Source: Lobosporangium transversale
Taxonomy: Eukaryota
Reading direction: 5' to 3'
Assembly (NCBI RefSeq): GCF_002105155.1
Contig: NW_019028982.1
Location: 992,001 to 1,056,000 of the forward strand
Length of the DNA: 64,000 nucleotides
In this document: positions 35,050-49,590 of the stretch, one piece after another
Layout of the letters: the number at the start of each line of letters is the position of its first letter
Position numbering within the stretch: the first letter of the stretch is position 1
Program-made: the position numbers and the translations under genes
The notes under the pieces: generated by a model
Told to the model about the DNA's origin: nothing
Databases searched by the model: none
Seen by the model: only the letters and a program-made list of their open reading frames with translations

Positions 35050-38000
35050 TGAGTGAAGAGAGAGAGTATTCTATGTTGAGTTGGATGAAGAGAAAGGAGA
35101 AAGGGGAGAGGGAAGGACAAGCCGGTGAGGTTGAATCGAGCTGGCCCTATCAGATAATATGTTGCTGGCTCTAATGAAAGCAAAATGATCAAAAAAACCA
35201 CACAGGGGCCATATATATAAAAAGCTGCCATGAAATTGGATTACAAAATAAATTCCAACACCATTTTTCTATTCATTTCAAGTACTAATGTATATATATA
35301 CTCAAAAGGATTGCAGTGGCATAATATCTTTTCTTTTTTCACTCTGAGGGAGAAGAGATGCTCAAAAAGCCTACGGCTCTGTTTTTTTTTTTCTTTTTTT
35401 TTTTGTCTCGACCTCTGAAATTTCTTTTCCTTGTCAATGCCTAATCATATTTCCATTCCTCTCCTACAGAAGAAGAGGAAAGAAATGTGGGGGGGGGGGT
35501 ATGTATTAATAGCTTAAGGAAGAGAGGTTCTTTGCCTTTCATTCTTTTTTCATTTTTTTTTTTTAAAAAGAAAATTGCTCGTTTGTCAAATATTGGCAAT
35601 GTTCCAGACTCATCTTGAGGAACCATGCATTTTATATTACGCTTGGTTGAATCATTTATGAGAGGAATGTCCTTTCCTTCAAATGATTGACCATAATGAT
35701 AAAGTATATATCATACAATCAAAAAATTGAACAAAGAGAAAACGTTTTTGCTTTGTAGAAGAGTATATTTGTATAGATATGAAGGAGTATGAACAAATTT
35801 ATTTTCGTGATCTTTTACACTCCCCCATGTGTTATGAATGTAATCGTAAGAAGTCAGATTCCTACGATCAATTGTCCATCGGAGTAATAAAAGAACGAAA
35901 AGTATACGTTTGTATAGATATACATGTATTAATACATGTAATTCATGTTGTACAGAAAATGATACTGGTCAATTTTTTATTTTTATAAAATCATCTTGCT
36001 GGTTTTTTCATGCCTGCAAAGTGGTTTACTATTATAAATGATTAGAAATGTAAAATGTAGATGTATACAATTGTAATATATTATTGTTATCTTTCCAGAA
36101 GATCTTTGCATCAAGAAAGCATGGCGAGTTATGGTGGTTCTTTTTTGGTCTGCGCCCATCTGAAACGTAAAACCAATTGGCAATATATTTTATGTATATA
36201 TACATTATCTCACTCTCCAAACATTGGTGTAAATGCAATGCGATGTACTCTTGTATTTTTTTTTTTTTTTTTTTTTTTTGAGCCTTGTTTGATGGGAGAA
36301 TGAACAGAAATGAAAGGTCGAGACAGACAGATAAAACGTGTTTTGAAATGATGGAAATAAAATTGTCAGCAATGATATATGAAATCGATCGTGAGTCTGG
36401 ATTGCTCTTTTTTTTTTTTTTTTTCAAAGAATTCTTTAAGTTGCAATATTTGTTAATAAATGACATGCCAAGGGTGAGAGAGCGACGCCCATGATTTATA
36501 CTGGTGCAAATAGCGATCATTCTGTTGTACATGTGCATGTATATGCAATTGCGAGCAGTTCGACGTATTGAAACATGGATAAAAAGATTAAAAAGACTGG
36601 GCTAGACATGGAAATTCATGGTTTGTCAAGGATCGAATGATCCAATCATTTAACCGTTTAATCAACAGTATCTTTTTTTATAAATGCAAACAAGGCTTCA
36701 AGTATAATAATTATACATAACATTTGCTGTTGGTGATGTTGTGTTCACCAATGACAACAACAAAAAAAATATGCTCCGTGGCAGTTTATTTTGTCTGAAC
36801 AGATTATGTTGGAATGTTACCATGGGGAGTCCACATTGCATTGACACAAAGGAAAGAAAAATGTAACATGTTCATGTACAAAAGCTGCACCAAAAGGTTA
36901 TTGCAGGGGCACGCTGTGTGGTTTACATGTTAGAGAGTTTTTCAGGCATATAGTATCCACATCATCTCTATCCAGATCAAGTGCAGCCGTTCCTTCTTTT
37001 GTCCTTTTTTTCATTCTGCTCCTATACTCAACTAGCAACTAGCAAACAAGAAAAATGTTGCAGAGCATAACATGACATGACATGGTATGGCATGGCATGG
37101 TAAAGCATATCGATCGTGGATCGATTTGATAGCCTGGACAGCAGTCTAGCCAAAGGAGGCAGACAAGACAAGATATGAGAAAGAGAGGAACGAGCCTTTC
37201 ATAGGGAAAAGAAAAAAGAAAGAGAGATTGGGAGGGAGAAAGAGAGAGCAAACAAAAAGAGAGTTCCCGTCCAGAACAGTGAGTGATTCCGATTTCATTG
37301 GCGAATGATAAAAAAAATTCATTTCATTCGTTCAGACATCGGCTGCAACTGAGTTGAATGAATGAACATTTTTCAATTCAGTTCTAGAAAAACATAAAAA
37401 GAAATAAAGTTTTTTTTTTTTTTTTTTGCACACTTTCCCAACTCAGTTTGTCTCTCCAGTGACATTGGCATTTGCATTGTCTCCACCTTTTTCTCTCATT
37501 CGATTGCATCCTTTCATTCGCATTGCTCTTTTTTCCTTTTTTTTCCTTTTTCTCTTTATTTCTTTCTTCACCTCCTCTTTTTCTTTTCTTTTCTTTTCTT
37601 TTCTTTTTATCGTTCTTTGTTCTCGTCCTTGCCTTGCAGTCTATTTCACCCTTCAAATTATTTATACCCCCTCCCTTCGTTCTTTTTTAATTACAGGCAC
37701 AACCCCCATTTCTCACTAGAACCTTAATCCATTTTTGCGCGTCCAGGTTGCTTCTTTCAACGCCAGCTCCTTCTTCCTTCCTTCTCAACCTCGACCTATA
37801 TACTCGTTCCTTCCTCTCCTTCTCTCTTTTCTTCTCTTTCTTTCTCTTCAACTCTTTCTTTTATCATTTTTTACGGATATATATACAAACAAGCACCCTT
37901 TTTTTTTAACGACTCTATACTATTCCGCGTTATTTATTTCTCCGGACTCTATTTTTTCCCGGAAGCTCATCTCCTCTTGTCCTAACAACTGACCAAGCAA

Positions 38001-38422
38001 CGAACGAGCCACTTTTTTAGTCTTTTAGTCTTTTATAGCCTGAATATTTTTGGCCGACGCTCGTCCTTTTTTTTTTATTTTTTTTTATTTTTTTATAAGC
38101 ATACCTACCTACTTAAGCAGTCTAATCCTCAAAAGGATAGAAGAAAGAGAGAAAGAATCAGTAGAGCTTGAACAAGATCAGATTTGAACCTGATTTTTTT
38201 CTCTTTCATTTAACACCACCGTCCAGCATTCCACGCTTCAATTTATTTAATATACCCAGCAGCCAGGATCCAGCATTGGGCATTCAGCACTCGACTTTCT
38301 TTTTTCCTTTTTAAATTCAACCGTAGCAAAACTACAAACTGTACATTTCTTGAACACTTTTTTATTCTCCTTTCATTTTTGTATAATTTTCTTTCTCTTT
38401 TCCGTTCATTGTTTTATACACA

Positions 38423-38456
<34 letters not shown>

Positions 38457-38472
38457 AAAGCTCTTTATAATA

Positions 38473-38960
38473 ATGGGTGGTATCGTTTGGAACGAATGGG
38501 CACGATTGATGTGTCTTACGTCTTCCTTTGGTAAGGCTTAATCAATCAATCAAATAATCAATCGATTGACAACAATCGCAAAAAAGCAAAAAAATACCAT
38601 TCAAGAATTTTCAACTTGAAGGACTATCGTTTGTCCGATCACTGTGTATACAAATACAAATACAAAATACAAATACAAATACAATATACAATATACAAAA
38701 TAACAAATACAAATACAAATGAATTATGGACTAAAAACCAGTTTTTGTTTTATTTTATTTTGATAGTCATTTTTGTCGGAGGAATTATGGGTACATTCCA
38801 ACCGTTGCCTGCATTTGATGCAATGAGGTAAAAAAAAAAAAAAAAAAAAAAAATCCACTAAAACACTAATTATATCAACCGAATCAGAAACAAAAATAAA
38901 AACATCGTTTTGGCGCGCATGAACAAAAAAAAAAAAACAGCTGAGAAGAGGAGAGAGAAG

Positions 38961-38991
<31 letters not shown>

Positions 38992-39372
38992 GGAAAGAAG
39001 CGGAGGTTTTTATTGTTTACAACGTTGATTTGCGTATCAAAGCAAGACAATGATAGTGGAGAAGGCAGAAAGCGGACTGAGCAAAACAAGAAATGATGAG
39101 CTGACGATCTTTTTTTTTTTTTTTTTTTTTACTTTTGCTGACATGATGGGAGGTTTTTTTTTTGTTTTTTTAAACACAAAAAATTGTTACACACCTCGTT
39201 GAGTTGTGTACCTTAATCTTTGTTGGTTACACCTTTCTAATTGCTTACCTGAAATTCTATTATGCTCTATTACTATTACTTAATGGATAATGGATTAGGT
39301 TGTTGCCAGGTCTCTACACACAACCAGTACCGATATTGCCACTGATCCTAATGTAAGTATCTTCAATTCATT

Positions 39373-39414
<42 letters not shown>

Positions 39415-39719
39415 TTGTTGATGGGTAATGTATACTAATTTTTTGATTTATATATATATATTTTCGGAATAGTGTCCTTGGCATGATCCTTGCCGCAATT
39501 GAATACCCTGTCGTGGCTGTCGACTACTTCAACAGTCCCCGATCATTTATGCCCAAAGTCGCGTTCTTTATCCCCTTGACCGTCATGTCCTTGTTGGAGG
39601 CCCAAACCGTCAATGGCTCTATTTATCTTGGAATCGGTACCCTTGCTTATCTGATGGCTATCCGTGATGATTTCCGTAAACAACACCAACAAGCCATTAA
39701 TGGCGGTCGCATGGCATAG
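38473..39719 (+). CDS. noxD: NoxD/Pro41 (p22phox-like) NADPH oxidase membrane subunit
   Basis: Exons 38473-38530, 38767-38827, 39299-39352, 39473-39719 with GT-AG introns and consistent phases. MGGIVWNEWARLMCLT...QPVPILPLIL...AAIEYP resembles Pro41/NoxD (WARLI, PIPIL, WEWP) and p22phox (LEYP). Confidence 0.8.
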
Positions 39720-39890
39720 AATTAAGTAGTAGTAGTAGTAGTAGTAGAAGAAGAAGAAGAAGAAGAAGAAGAAGAAGAAAATCTCCCATCATCATTGTAT
39801 AATATAGAATATAGAAAGAGAGTCGTTCTTATCGTCTTCTCTCTGCAATCCCTTTGAAATAAAGTTGTTTTATTTTTAAAAAGCTTATTT

Positions 39891-40981
39891 TTAACATGGG
39901 TGCTCTCCTCTATAGCACACATACCATGCGCCCCTAAAGCATTTGCTGTCATTCGGATAAGGACATGGACAATCCACTGGCTTGCCAACACACACATTTG
40001 TATCACCACAGTAATATCCTCGACACGCTAAATAAAAAAGAAAAAAGAAAAAAAAAAGACGTCAACAATCGTGAGAAAAAAAAGAGAGAGCGTTTTTTTT
40101 TTCTTCTTCTTCTTCTTTTTCTTTACTCCCATGTTGAAAACGATCTCCTTCTCTCTAAACTCATGTTTTTTCGATATCGTACCTTCTCCATTGCTTGTCC
40201 ATGTTGGATCATTAACATCAACACCGTCACCATCTCCTTGAACATCGTCATCCTCCTCATCCTCGTGACTTGTTCCAAAGAAATCGCTAAAAGGTGATCG
40301 TGATCGTTTTTGATGACGTCGTTGTCGTTGTTCTTGTTGAAGTTTTTGCTTTTCTTGTCGTTCACTTTGCTGTTTCCGAAGTGTATACAAAGGCGATGAG
40401 GGTGGATAGAGCTCAGAAAGAGGTATGCCAAACGGCGTTGTTTTCGGTTTTGTTTTTGACGCGTTTTTCTGACGGTTTCTACCATCGACATGACTATCAC
40501 CTTTGCTATTACTATTACTTTTACTATGACTACCGCCATCCTTGCCATTGGGTTGATTGTTGGTATGACCTGAGGATGAAAACGTATCAAAGATTGGTTT
40601 AAAGGACCGGAGCAGTTGATCGATCGGTGACAGACCAGTAAAATATGATATGGACGATGAAGATGATGCTAATAATGATATTGAATAACCAGAAATGAGG
40701 AGTGCCAAAGCCGAAAGGAGTATGACACGTATGTATGCGCTTGAGGATGAAGATGATGAAGATGCAGTATCATTCTTTGTAGTGGGTTTGCTCCTGTCCT
40801 TTTCTTTGTCCTTTTCTTTGTCCTTATCGTTGTCTTTGGTAATTGTATGACTTAGTCTTGTATCGGTGTTTGTAGTAAGAGAAGCAGAGGAATTATGGGG
40901 ATGACGGGACACTACCCTAGAGTGTGAAGAGGTTGTAGAAGAGTCCAAAGTCATGCTTTGTGAATCCTTTTGGGTAGACAT
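39891..40981 (-). CDS. Single-pass membrane protein with a C-terminal LCL2-like cysteine domain (311 aa)
   Basis: Exon 1 40981-40183, GTACGA...TAG intron, exon 2 40027-39891 = CRGYYCGDTNVCVGKPVDCPCPYPNDSKCFRGAWYVCYRGEHPC*, similar to the Lcl2 pattern C..Y.C..T..CV..P..CPCP; one hydrophobic helix (VILLSALALLISGYSISLL). Confidence 0.7.
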
Positions 40982-41373
40982 GGTGGTGGTAATGAAATGA
41001 AGAGGAAAAAAAAAAAGTAACGAAGCCTTGGAAACACCATAAGAATAATTGATGTGACTGTTGCAGAGAAAGTGTAATAAAGGGATGAGTTACAAGCCAC
41101 TGAAAGGTTCTCTTACTCAATTATTATGGTGGAACAGGGAAAGAGACAGGGAACGAAAGGGGGGTTTTTTTTTTATTCCTACCGTTACCCCCTCCCCTTT
41201 TTTTTTTTTTTTTTCTTTCTTTATTTTATTTTTTTCTTTCATTCCTTCCTTCTCTTTTCTTTTCTTTCCTTCTCTCTCCACTCTTTATCTCTTTTATTCT
41301 ATTTATTTACATTTATTTTTATTCTTAGAAAGAGAAAGGAGGAAAAAAAAAAGAAAAAAAAAAGCTTTCAGGC

Positions 41374-42374
41374 ATGGACTATCAAGACAAGATTGAGGAT
41401 TCGTTTATTGTTGTGACAAACGACGAGATCATTTCATCTACTACCAGTATCAGCACTCTTCTCGAGACTCAATATCAATTTCAATCAAAGGATGGCAAAC
41501 AGGAAACAGCAAAGACAGAGACAGAGACAGAGACAGAGACAGAGACAGAGACAGAGACAGAGACAGGGGCAGAAACAATGGTCCGAGTGTCTGTGTTGAC
41601 ACAACAGCTGCAGACTTTAGCCACACCTAAAAAGACTTTTGAGAATTGGGCAAGAACATTCCGATGTGTGCCTGAGCAGTACTATACCCCAACAACCGAG
41701 GAGGAGATCATCAAGGTAAAAAAAAAAAAAAAAAAAATTGGAAACAAATACGATGGTTTTTTTTTTTTTTTATTCCCTCCATGTGAATTCGAATCGTGAT
41801 TGGTGAGATATTAGTTGGGTAAGGGACACTGGTTGGAATGGCTCGAGAAGCTTAAAAGACTGAGCGAATTATTTTACCACGGTCCTCTTCTCCCTCCCTC
41901 TCCCCTCTTCGCTCTCCCTATTAGAAATATCGCGTTTTACTTTAAAAAAGGCCAATGTGTAATATGTATTTGTGTCGTTATGAAATATATATTTATATAT
42001 TTATATTCCTTTTCTTTGCTTATGCATGCATTGTAGATCGTCCATTTAGCTAGATTGACAGGAAAACGCGTCAAGGCAATTGGCACAGGCCATTCACCCT
42101 CAGATTTGGCTTGCACAGACGGATTTATGATCAACACTGACAAATTAAATCGGTTGATTCGTGTCGATCAACAACACAAGACTGTGACAGTTCAGGCGGG
42201 GATGAAGCTTCATCGACTCCATGATCATTTGCAGTTGCATGATTTAGCTCTCAACAATCTGGGTTCTATATCTGATCAGAGCGTTGCAGGCCTCATGTCG
42301 ACTGCAAGCCATGGAACTGGAGCAGAGTATCCTACTCTTTGTGCATATGTAAGGAAAAGAAGAGACAAGGAGGG

Positions 42375-42405
<31 letters not shown>

Positions 42406-43423
42406 GTCGTTCTTTACGCTCTCCATTTCCATCATTACTCACTATTATTATTTTATTTTATTTTATTTATTTTATTTTTTTAAAAAAAAAAAGGTCTTGG
42501 ACCTCACATTGGTTACAGCAAAGGGCGAATCCATATACTGCTCCAAAACTGAGAACGTGGACATTTTCAATGCGGCGGTGTGCTCTTTAGGATCATTAGG
42601 GATCATCACCAGCATGACATTGCAATGTGAACGAGCCTTTAGACTAGAGAGCCATCAAGAGCCTGCTAAATTGAATGATGTGCTCGACAATATGGACACG
42701 ATCATTCATTCTGCAGAATATGTGCGTTTGTGGTGGTACCCTCATACGGATAAAGTTGTTATCTGGCGCGCCAACAAGACTGACAAGGTTTATATTAATA
42801 TCGCAATTTTTTTTTTTTTTTTTTTTTTCTTTGTTCCATTCATGTGATTCATAAGACTTAATTTTTTATTAATTTATTTATTTATTAGGATTATTTGATG
42901 CCTATCAAAAGCTGGCGTTATTCTAATTGGTTTGGATATCATGTCTTCCAAGGACTTATTTACATCTGTCGATTCATCCCTCGATTGCTACCTCTTGTAT
43001 CTCGATTCATGTTTTGGGCTCAACAATCTCGACCTTTGAAACGCGTGGATGATAGTGTTCAGATCTTTAATTTTGACTGCCTATTTTCTCAGTATACGAA
43101 CGAATGGGCGATTCCTTGGTCCAGGACTTCAGAGGCTTTGAGAGCTTTGAATGAGTTTATTGAGACTGGTACTGTCAGGATTGAGCCTAGCAAACGTCAT
43201 GAAAAGACTTCTTCTTCTTCTTCTTCTTCTTCTTCTGCTGCTGCTGTTGTTGTTGGTAATGGAAGACCCTTAAAGATTCATCCCCCAATCGAGATTCGGT
43301 TTGTGAAGAAGGATGATGTCTGGTTGAGCCCAGCCTATGGAGTTGACTCTTGTTATATCGGACTCATTATGTATCGGTAAGGAAGCATAATGAAATTTAT
43401 GAATGCAAAAAGAAGAGGAAGAG

Positions 43424-43458
<35 letters not shown>

Positions 43459-43751
43459 TAAAATGGTGTTCTGATTTTTTTTTTTTTTTTTTTTTTTTTA
43501 ATTTTTAATTTTTTTCCTTTAGACCTTTTGGCAAGCCGGTATCCTATAGACGGTTTTGGAATGGATTTGAAAAGATCATGGGAGCACTCGAGGGTCGACC
43601 CCATTGGGCGAAGGCACATTCAGTTCCTTACAAGGATCTGTTGAGAGCATATCCGAAAATGAAAGAGTTTAGTGAGATCCGACAGAAACTGGATCCAGAG
43701 GGTATGTTCCTGAATGACTATCTCCAGCGACATTTTGTTCCTTCCTCATAA
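41374..43751 (+). CDS. ALO1: D-arabinono-1,4-lactone / L-gulonolactone oxidase
   Basis: Exons 41374-41715, 42037-42348, 42494-42787, 42889-43376, 43523-43751. Motifs FENWARTF, GTGHSPSDL, NLGSISDQSVAG, SLGSLGII, PIEIRF, GRPHWAK, DPEGMFLN. Confidence 0.93.
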
Positions 43752-44576
43752 AATAGTAAAATAAATAAAAATAAAATAAAATAAAATAAAATAAAAATAT
43801 ATAATAACAGCAGCAATAAAAAAGATAAAAATTAAACTAAAAATTAAACAGTGAATAAAAATTATTCGCTAAAATAATGCATAGCACAAGCAAAACAAGA
43901 ACAAAAACAAAAAAAAGATATTTAAATATAATATTAATGCTTGTATATAATAAAGAAATAAATAATACAGTTCAACGTAACACTGGATGAGTCTAGTCTT
44001 TTTTTTTTTTTAAAGTTGAAAAAAAAGTAACCCCATAACACATACACATCTATAGTCTTACATACACAGCAAAACTCGTCTGTAGTCTATCTATGCTAAT
44101 ACAATGCCGTTTTTCTTTTCCTTTTTTTTTTTTTTTTTTTTTTTTAGTTTTTTTTTTTTAGCTTATCATATTGTTTGATTCCATGACACATGCATGCAAA
44201 AAAAAAAAAACCAAAAAACAACAAAGTAAAAAAGAGCATTGAGACTTGGTCAATCGGCGCAAACGGGAGTTGGAGGAGAAAGAGGAAGAGCAAGAGGAAG
44301 AGGAAGGGAGTGGGGGGTGGGGGGTAGGGGTCGTGCAGGCTTGGATAGACAAAAGTCCATTATTATAAACAAATTTTGTTAATCACATAAACATTTACAT
44401 GGAATGAATAAAAAAAACCATACGTTAATGGTTTTTTTTTTTTTTTTTTTTTTTGTGCTGCATAGCACGTCACGTATGACCATGGACTTTTGGCCTTGAA
44501 AGTGAAAGAGGGGATTAAAAAAAAAAAAAAAAAAAGAAAAGAAACATGCTTTTTTTTTTTTTTTTTTTAAGTTTTA

Positions 44577-44771
44577 TTATGCATTCGCATTGATATCGCT
44601 ATCGCTGTCGATTACTGTTGGCCTATTGTTACTGTCATTGCCACTGATAGTGTTTGCATTGACATTGACATAAGCATTGGTATTGGTATTGACGCTGGTG
44701 TTGGTGTTAGTGTTGGCGTTAGTGTTAGTGTTAGTATTGATGTTAGTGCTAGTGCTTGTGCTGGTGTCGGC

Positions 44772-44823
<52 letters not shown>

Positions 44824-47251
44824 GGATTAGCATTAGCATTAGCATTAGCATTAGCATTAATATTACTAGTATTCATGATTATGTTGTTGTTTTCAGGATG
44901 TGTCAAAAGCCAGTTCTCGACTTCTTCCTGAACGGTTTCAAATGTGGTAAAGACGCGATGTGCGATCTGATTGGCTCGACACAGCTTTTCCAAGGTCGTA
45001 TCCTGACGCGCTAACACAATGTTGGCCATTAAGGCCACTGGGAAATCTGAACTGCCATCACCACACCATAGGATCTCGTCCTTTGGATTCCACAAGTTGT
45101 TCTCTTTCGCCTCACGAAGAGCTGAGAGCGAGGGAATGAGGGGAGCGAAGGAGGGGGGGGGAGAGAGAGAGAGAGGAGGCGAGAAAAAAAAAAAAAACAA
45201 GCGTGAGTAACAAATCAAAAAAGGATAAACAAATCAGGTAAGAAAAAAAAAAAGAGAGAGAGAGAGAGAACGAGAGCATTAACTGGATTTGACATGTGGA
45301 GGAAGAAGGGAGGAAGAAGCGTAGGAAGGGGAAGAGGGGGGGGAAAGAGGGAAACAAGAGTCAAAGCATCACGCAAAATATATATATATCATTTATGGTT
45401 ACAACTGTAATCAAGAAATTTCGTGAGCTGAAAAATCAGAAAAAAAAAAACCTGGAATGGAGCTGATTGGAGCAAAGGGGAAGAAAGGAAGAAAGGAAGA
45501 AAGGAAAGGAGAGGAAAAAAAAAGTAAAAAAGGAAATAAAATAACGAACGAGAGAACGTAAAGACCTAAAAACTCCCGAGGAATTGTTGCTTACCTCTAC
45601 TCTTGTCCATGCCATAAGGACTATAACAGTTGATTGTTTTGGAGGAGAGAAGGGACAATGAGAAGAGAGGGGGTTGAAGTTTAAAAGAAGGTTGGAATGA
45701 TTCGTTACAAAAAGAAGAAAACAACGATAATGATAATGGTAATAAGGACAGGAGAAAGGAATTTGAAGAAACAAAAAAAAAAAAAAAAAAAAAAAAGTTA
45801 GTGTATGTTCTTAAACGAGGCTTTCCTTCTTTTGTCCATCTTGGATTTGCTTGGAAAAGCAAAGAGGGTCATCTGTTGCAAGTGACATTTAACATTGGAC
45901 ATGGCAATGGAGTGGGGGGGAGGAAGAGAAAGAGTCCAATTGTTTTTAGTTTACCTGCAATCGCGCCACTTTACTTTCCAGGCGCCATCAGTACCGATGT
46001 CAAGTTCATTCGCATATACCCCAATCCCATGTCCTTCGCCCAGGTACCGATTCAGTAATTCCTCGATCAATGGTTGAATGCCTCTATCATCAATTGAGAA
46101 AACAAGAATGTTAGATAATCAGATCAAATTCATACATTTCCCCTGCGTGACAATAGAGAAGAGGAAGCCAAAGATAATTTGGTCGACTCTGAGGTAAGCA
46201 CTGACTTTTTCTTCCTCCTTTCCCATTGTCACTTTCTCTTTCTCTTTCTCTGCCACTGCCACTGCCACTGTCTTTTTTTTTTTTTTTTTTTTTTTTTTGT
46301 TTTTCCTTTCGTGTGCCTTACTGGCGCTTGAGTGATGTGCATATGTGCGTGTGCGTTGTGTTTATATTTTGTGTTTTGAGACTAGTGTATAGTCCTGCAC
46401 TATGCGCATGAGTGCTGTCTTTTTTTTTTTTCTTTTTTTTTTTTTTTCCTTGTCTTTTCCATCCATTAGTGCCATGAATGATATCGTTTGTCATTGTATT
46501 TGTAATAGGTTGTTTGTTTATCCTGGTTGCTTGTTGTCTATGCCTTTGCCTTTATCTTTTTTTTTTTTTTTTTTTTTTTTTTTTCTTCTTACACGCTCAG
46601 GATTGTAATAGGGATGTTGTGCGCTTGACAAAATCGATGAAAATTCTTGAAGCCTGGATCCAATCGTACACGATATCGATCTGATTCATCACCGCTGAAT
46701 GGAGTCTTCGTCCTTGTTCTTGTTCTTCTTGTTGTGGTTGCTGTTGTGGTTGCTGTGGTTGTACCAACTAAGCTCAAAGAACCTTGACCACCACCACCGC
46801 TGCTACTGCTACTACTCCTACTACTCCTACTACTAGTGCTAATACTATTAGTACTACTACTACTACTGACATTATTGATGTTGTTGATATCGTTGTTATT
46901 GTTGTTATCGTTGTTATCGTTGTTATCGTTATTATCGTTGTTATCGTTATTATCGTTGTTAAGAACACTATGATTGCCACCGTCCTCGTCACTATGTTGA
47001 TTCCTCAGATCTGCATTTGGGTCGATCAGGATATCTGCAGCCTCCTGGACCGTCATCCTGACACGTTCCCATTTCATATCCTCTGCTTTCCTGACCGTGA
47101 TTCTCGAAGACTCGGTCCTGGGCAATTTATCAATCCTGTCTAATTCTTCATGACCCATTTGATGTGTCAATAATGAACCCCTTGTATCTCCCAATACAAC
47201 CGTGCTATCGAAATCGATATAAACATGAAGCGAAATATTTGTGTGGGTCAT
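44577..47251 (-). CDS. HAD-superfamily phosphatase (MtnX / phosphoserine phosphatase-like) with low-complexity inserts
   Basis: Exons 47251-46593, 46083-45955, 45620-45595, 45121-44577. Motif I IDFDSTV, LDPGF, motif II ILSVG, GMDKS, motif IV CGDGSSD. Confidence 0.85.
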
Positions 47252-48251
47252 CCTTCTTTGTATGTATGTGTGTGTATGGTGTGATGTGGTGTGGTGTGGT
47301 GTGGTGTGGAGTGGAGTTGTGGCTGTGATTTATATATATATATATAATGAATGGTATGATTTTAATCATACCACGCGTATGATAATGAGGCGTGGGAGGA
47401 AAGAGTGGATGATTGAATGAACGATATGTTTTGAAGACACTTTTAAGAATATAAAAGAAAAAGAAAAAAAAGAAAAAAGAGGATGATAGGTATAAGCAGT
47501 TGCTGGAAATATGGACAAAGCGTGTGAAAGATAGGAAGAAGAAGAAGAAGAAGAAGAAGAAAAGTGAAAGGAAAGAAAGAGGGAAATAGAGAAATAGATG
47601 TTGGAAAGAGGAATTTGTGCCCAAAAAAAAAAAAAAAAAAAAAAAAAGAATTGAAAGGGGGATGGAGGGATGGGACACATGGTATTTATGTTGTTTTTTT
47701 ATGTACCAAAAAGAAGAAGAAGAAAGAAAGTTCTCTTTTGTCGATTATGGAATGAGCACCCGCTAATACATCCAGCAATTGAATGTGGATTTTCCTTTTA
47801 TCTCGCCTCTGTGTTTCTGTGTTTCTGCATGCACTGGCATGCACTGAACCCCCGAATCCAATAAATTCAGATTTGAATCTCTGTCAACATGCCAATACAA
47901 AGAATATAATGTAATAACTAAAGCAATTTTAAAAAAGGATAAAGTTATTGCTCAAAAGTACCATGTACTTTCTCTCTCCTTTTAAAGCATGTTGATAACG
48001 AATGCTTAAGCTAATACTGAGGCTAATACTGAAGCTAATGCTAATACATGATACTCATTGCTGAGAGAATCTGTTTTGGCAGATTGAGTAACTAATCACC
48101 CCTGAGTTCTTTTTTCTTTGTTTTTTTTCCTTTTGGTCCGCTTGCCTTTTGAAACGAAATGGATCTTGCCCTGTCAAGAGAAAGAAAGAAACTGGATGAA
48201 TATATGCATTCCCCTTACAGTTAAAGTGTAACAGCCATGACTAACAACTCA

Positions 48252-48285
<34 letters not shown>

Positions 48286-49019
48286 AATAGAAAAGGGGAC
48301 ATAATAAGGAATGCAGAATAAGATAGAATTTTTAAAATAAGAAAGTAAAAGTAAGAATAAAATAACCTCGTACACAAAGCATATACAAATAGATTTTTAT
48401 TTTTTGATGATCATTGTTCAGCGAACCAACGTGGCATTAAAAAAAAAAAAAAAAAAAAAAAAAGGCCAATGCAGAGCAACAACAACATGATCACTCAAAC
48501 TTTTTGACATCTGCATCTGAAAATCAATAGACTCCCGATTCAAAAAGAAAAGCCCAATGGCTCTATTGAAAAAAGAGAAAAGGACGCTCACGCCTTTTTA
48601 TTTTAGTTTAGTTTATTTTGCAATGGCGTCAATCCATCCTGGTCTAAGACGTACATACATGTAATTGAATAAAAGCAATTATATAGTTATCCTTATTAAC
48701 CTCATGCATTTATATTTATATTTTATTTTTACTTTTACTTTTTGTTAATGCTTTGAACCCAGAAACTCGGGGACCGGGCAAAGTACATATCCAAAGAGAG
48801 AGAAAGACACGGGTCTTTTGGACCAAATGCTGGAAGACAAAAAAAAAAAAAGAAAAAGTGAGAACAGAGTATTGTAATAAACAAAAACGTCATTCTGTCC
48901 GGGTCCGGACATGGCTGGGCAGGCAAGGGCAGGTCTGGACAGAACAATAGGTTGAACTAACACTCTTGGTTTCAACAGAGGCAAAGCAAACTAACTCTTT
49001 TTCCTTTTGTGGCCGTTAC

Positions 49020-49051
<32 letters not shown>

Positions 49052-49547
49052 CATCTCTCCTATTAGTCAATAGACCGTTGCACAACAGGAATAAAAATAA
49101 ATATATATTTTTTTTATTTTATTTTATTTTTTTTTCAAACAAAATGCGTGATCGCGTTACGCCTGGTCCAATGATACAGATGTCTACAATCAGGCATATG
49201 GCTTCACTTAGTTATGTCGTCAATTATTTTACTTGCGCCGACTGATCCTGCCCGAACCCCTGCCTTTTCTTACATTCAAGTAGACATGCATATATTCTTT
49301 ATTTATTTGTTTTCATCCTTTATGGAGATAACAGTTCCCATACCATTCTTATTAAATATATATATTATGAAGAGCTACACCCATTGTCGCAACGGTTTGT
49401 TTGTTTGTTTGTTTGTTTGTTTGGTTGATTGTTCTTCATGTAATGTTTGTTATACATGTATATCATTTCGTCTTGATGATGCGATAATATTGATTTGCGA
49501 TGTGTGTTATACATATTTGTACAGTAATTTACATATACAATATATAC

Positions 49548-49590
<43 letters not shown>

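Noticed and set aside
40028..40182. Lys/Phe-rich C-terminus of the 317-aa ORF
   Set aside because: Intron read-through; splicing gives the Cys-rich exon instead.
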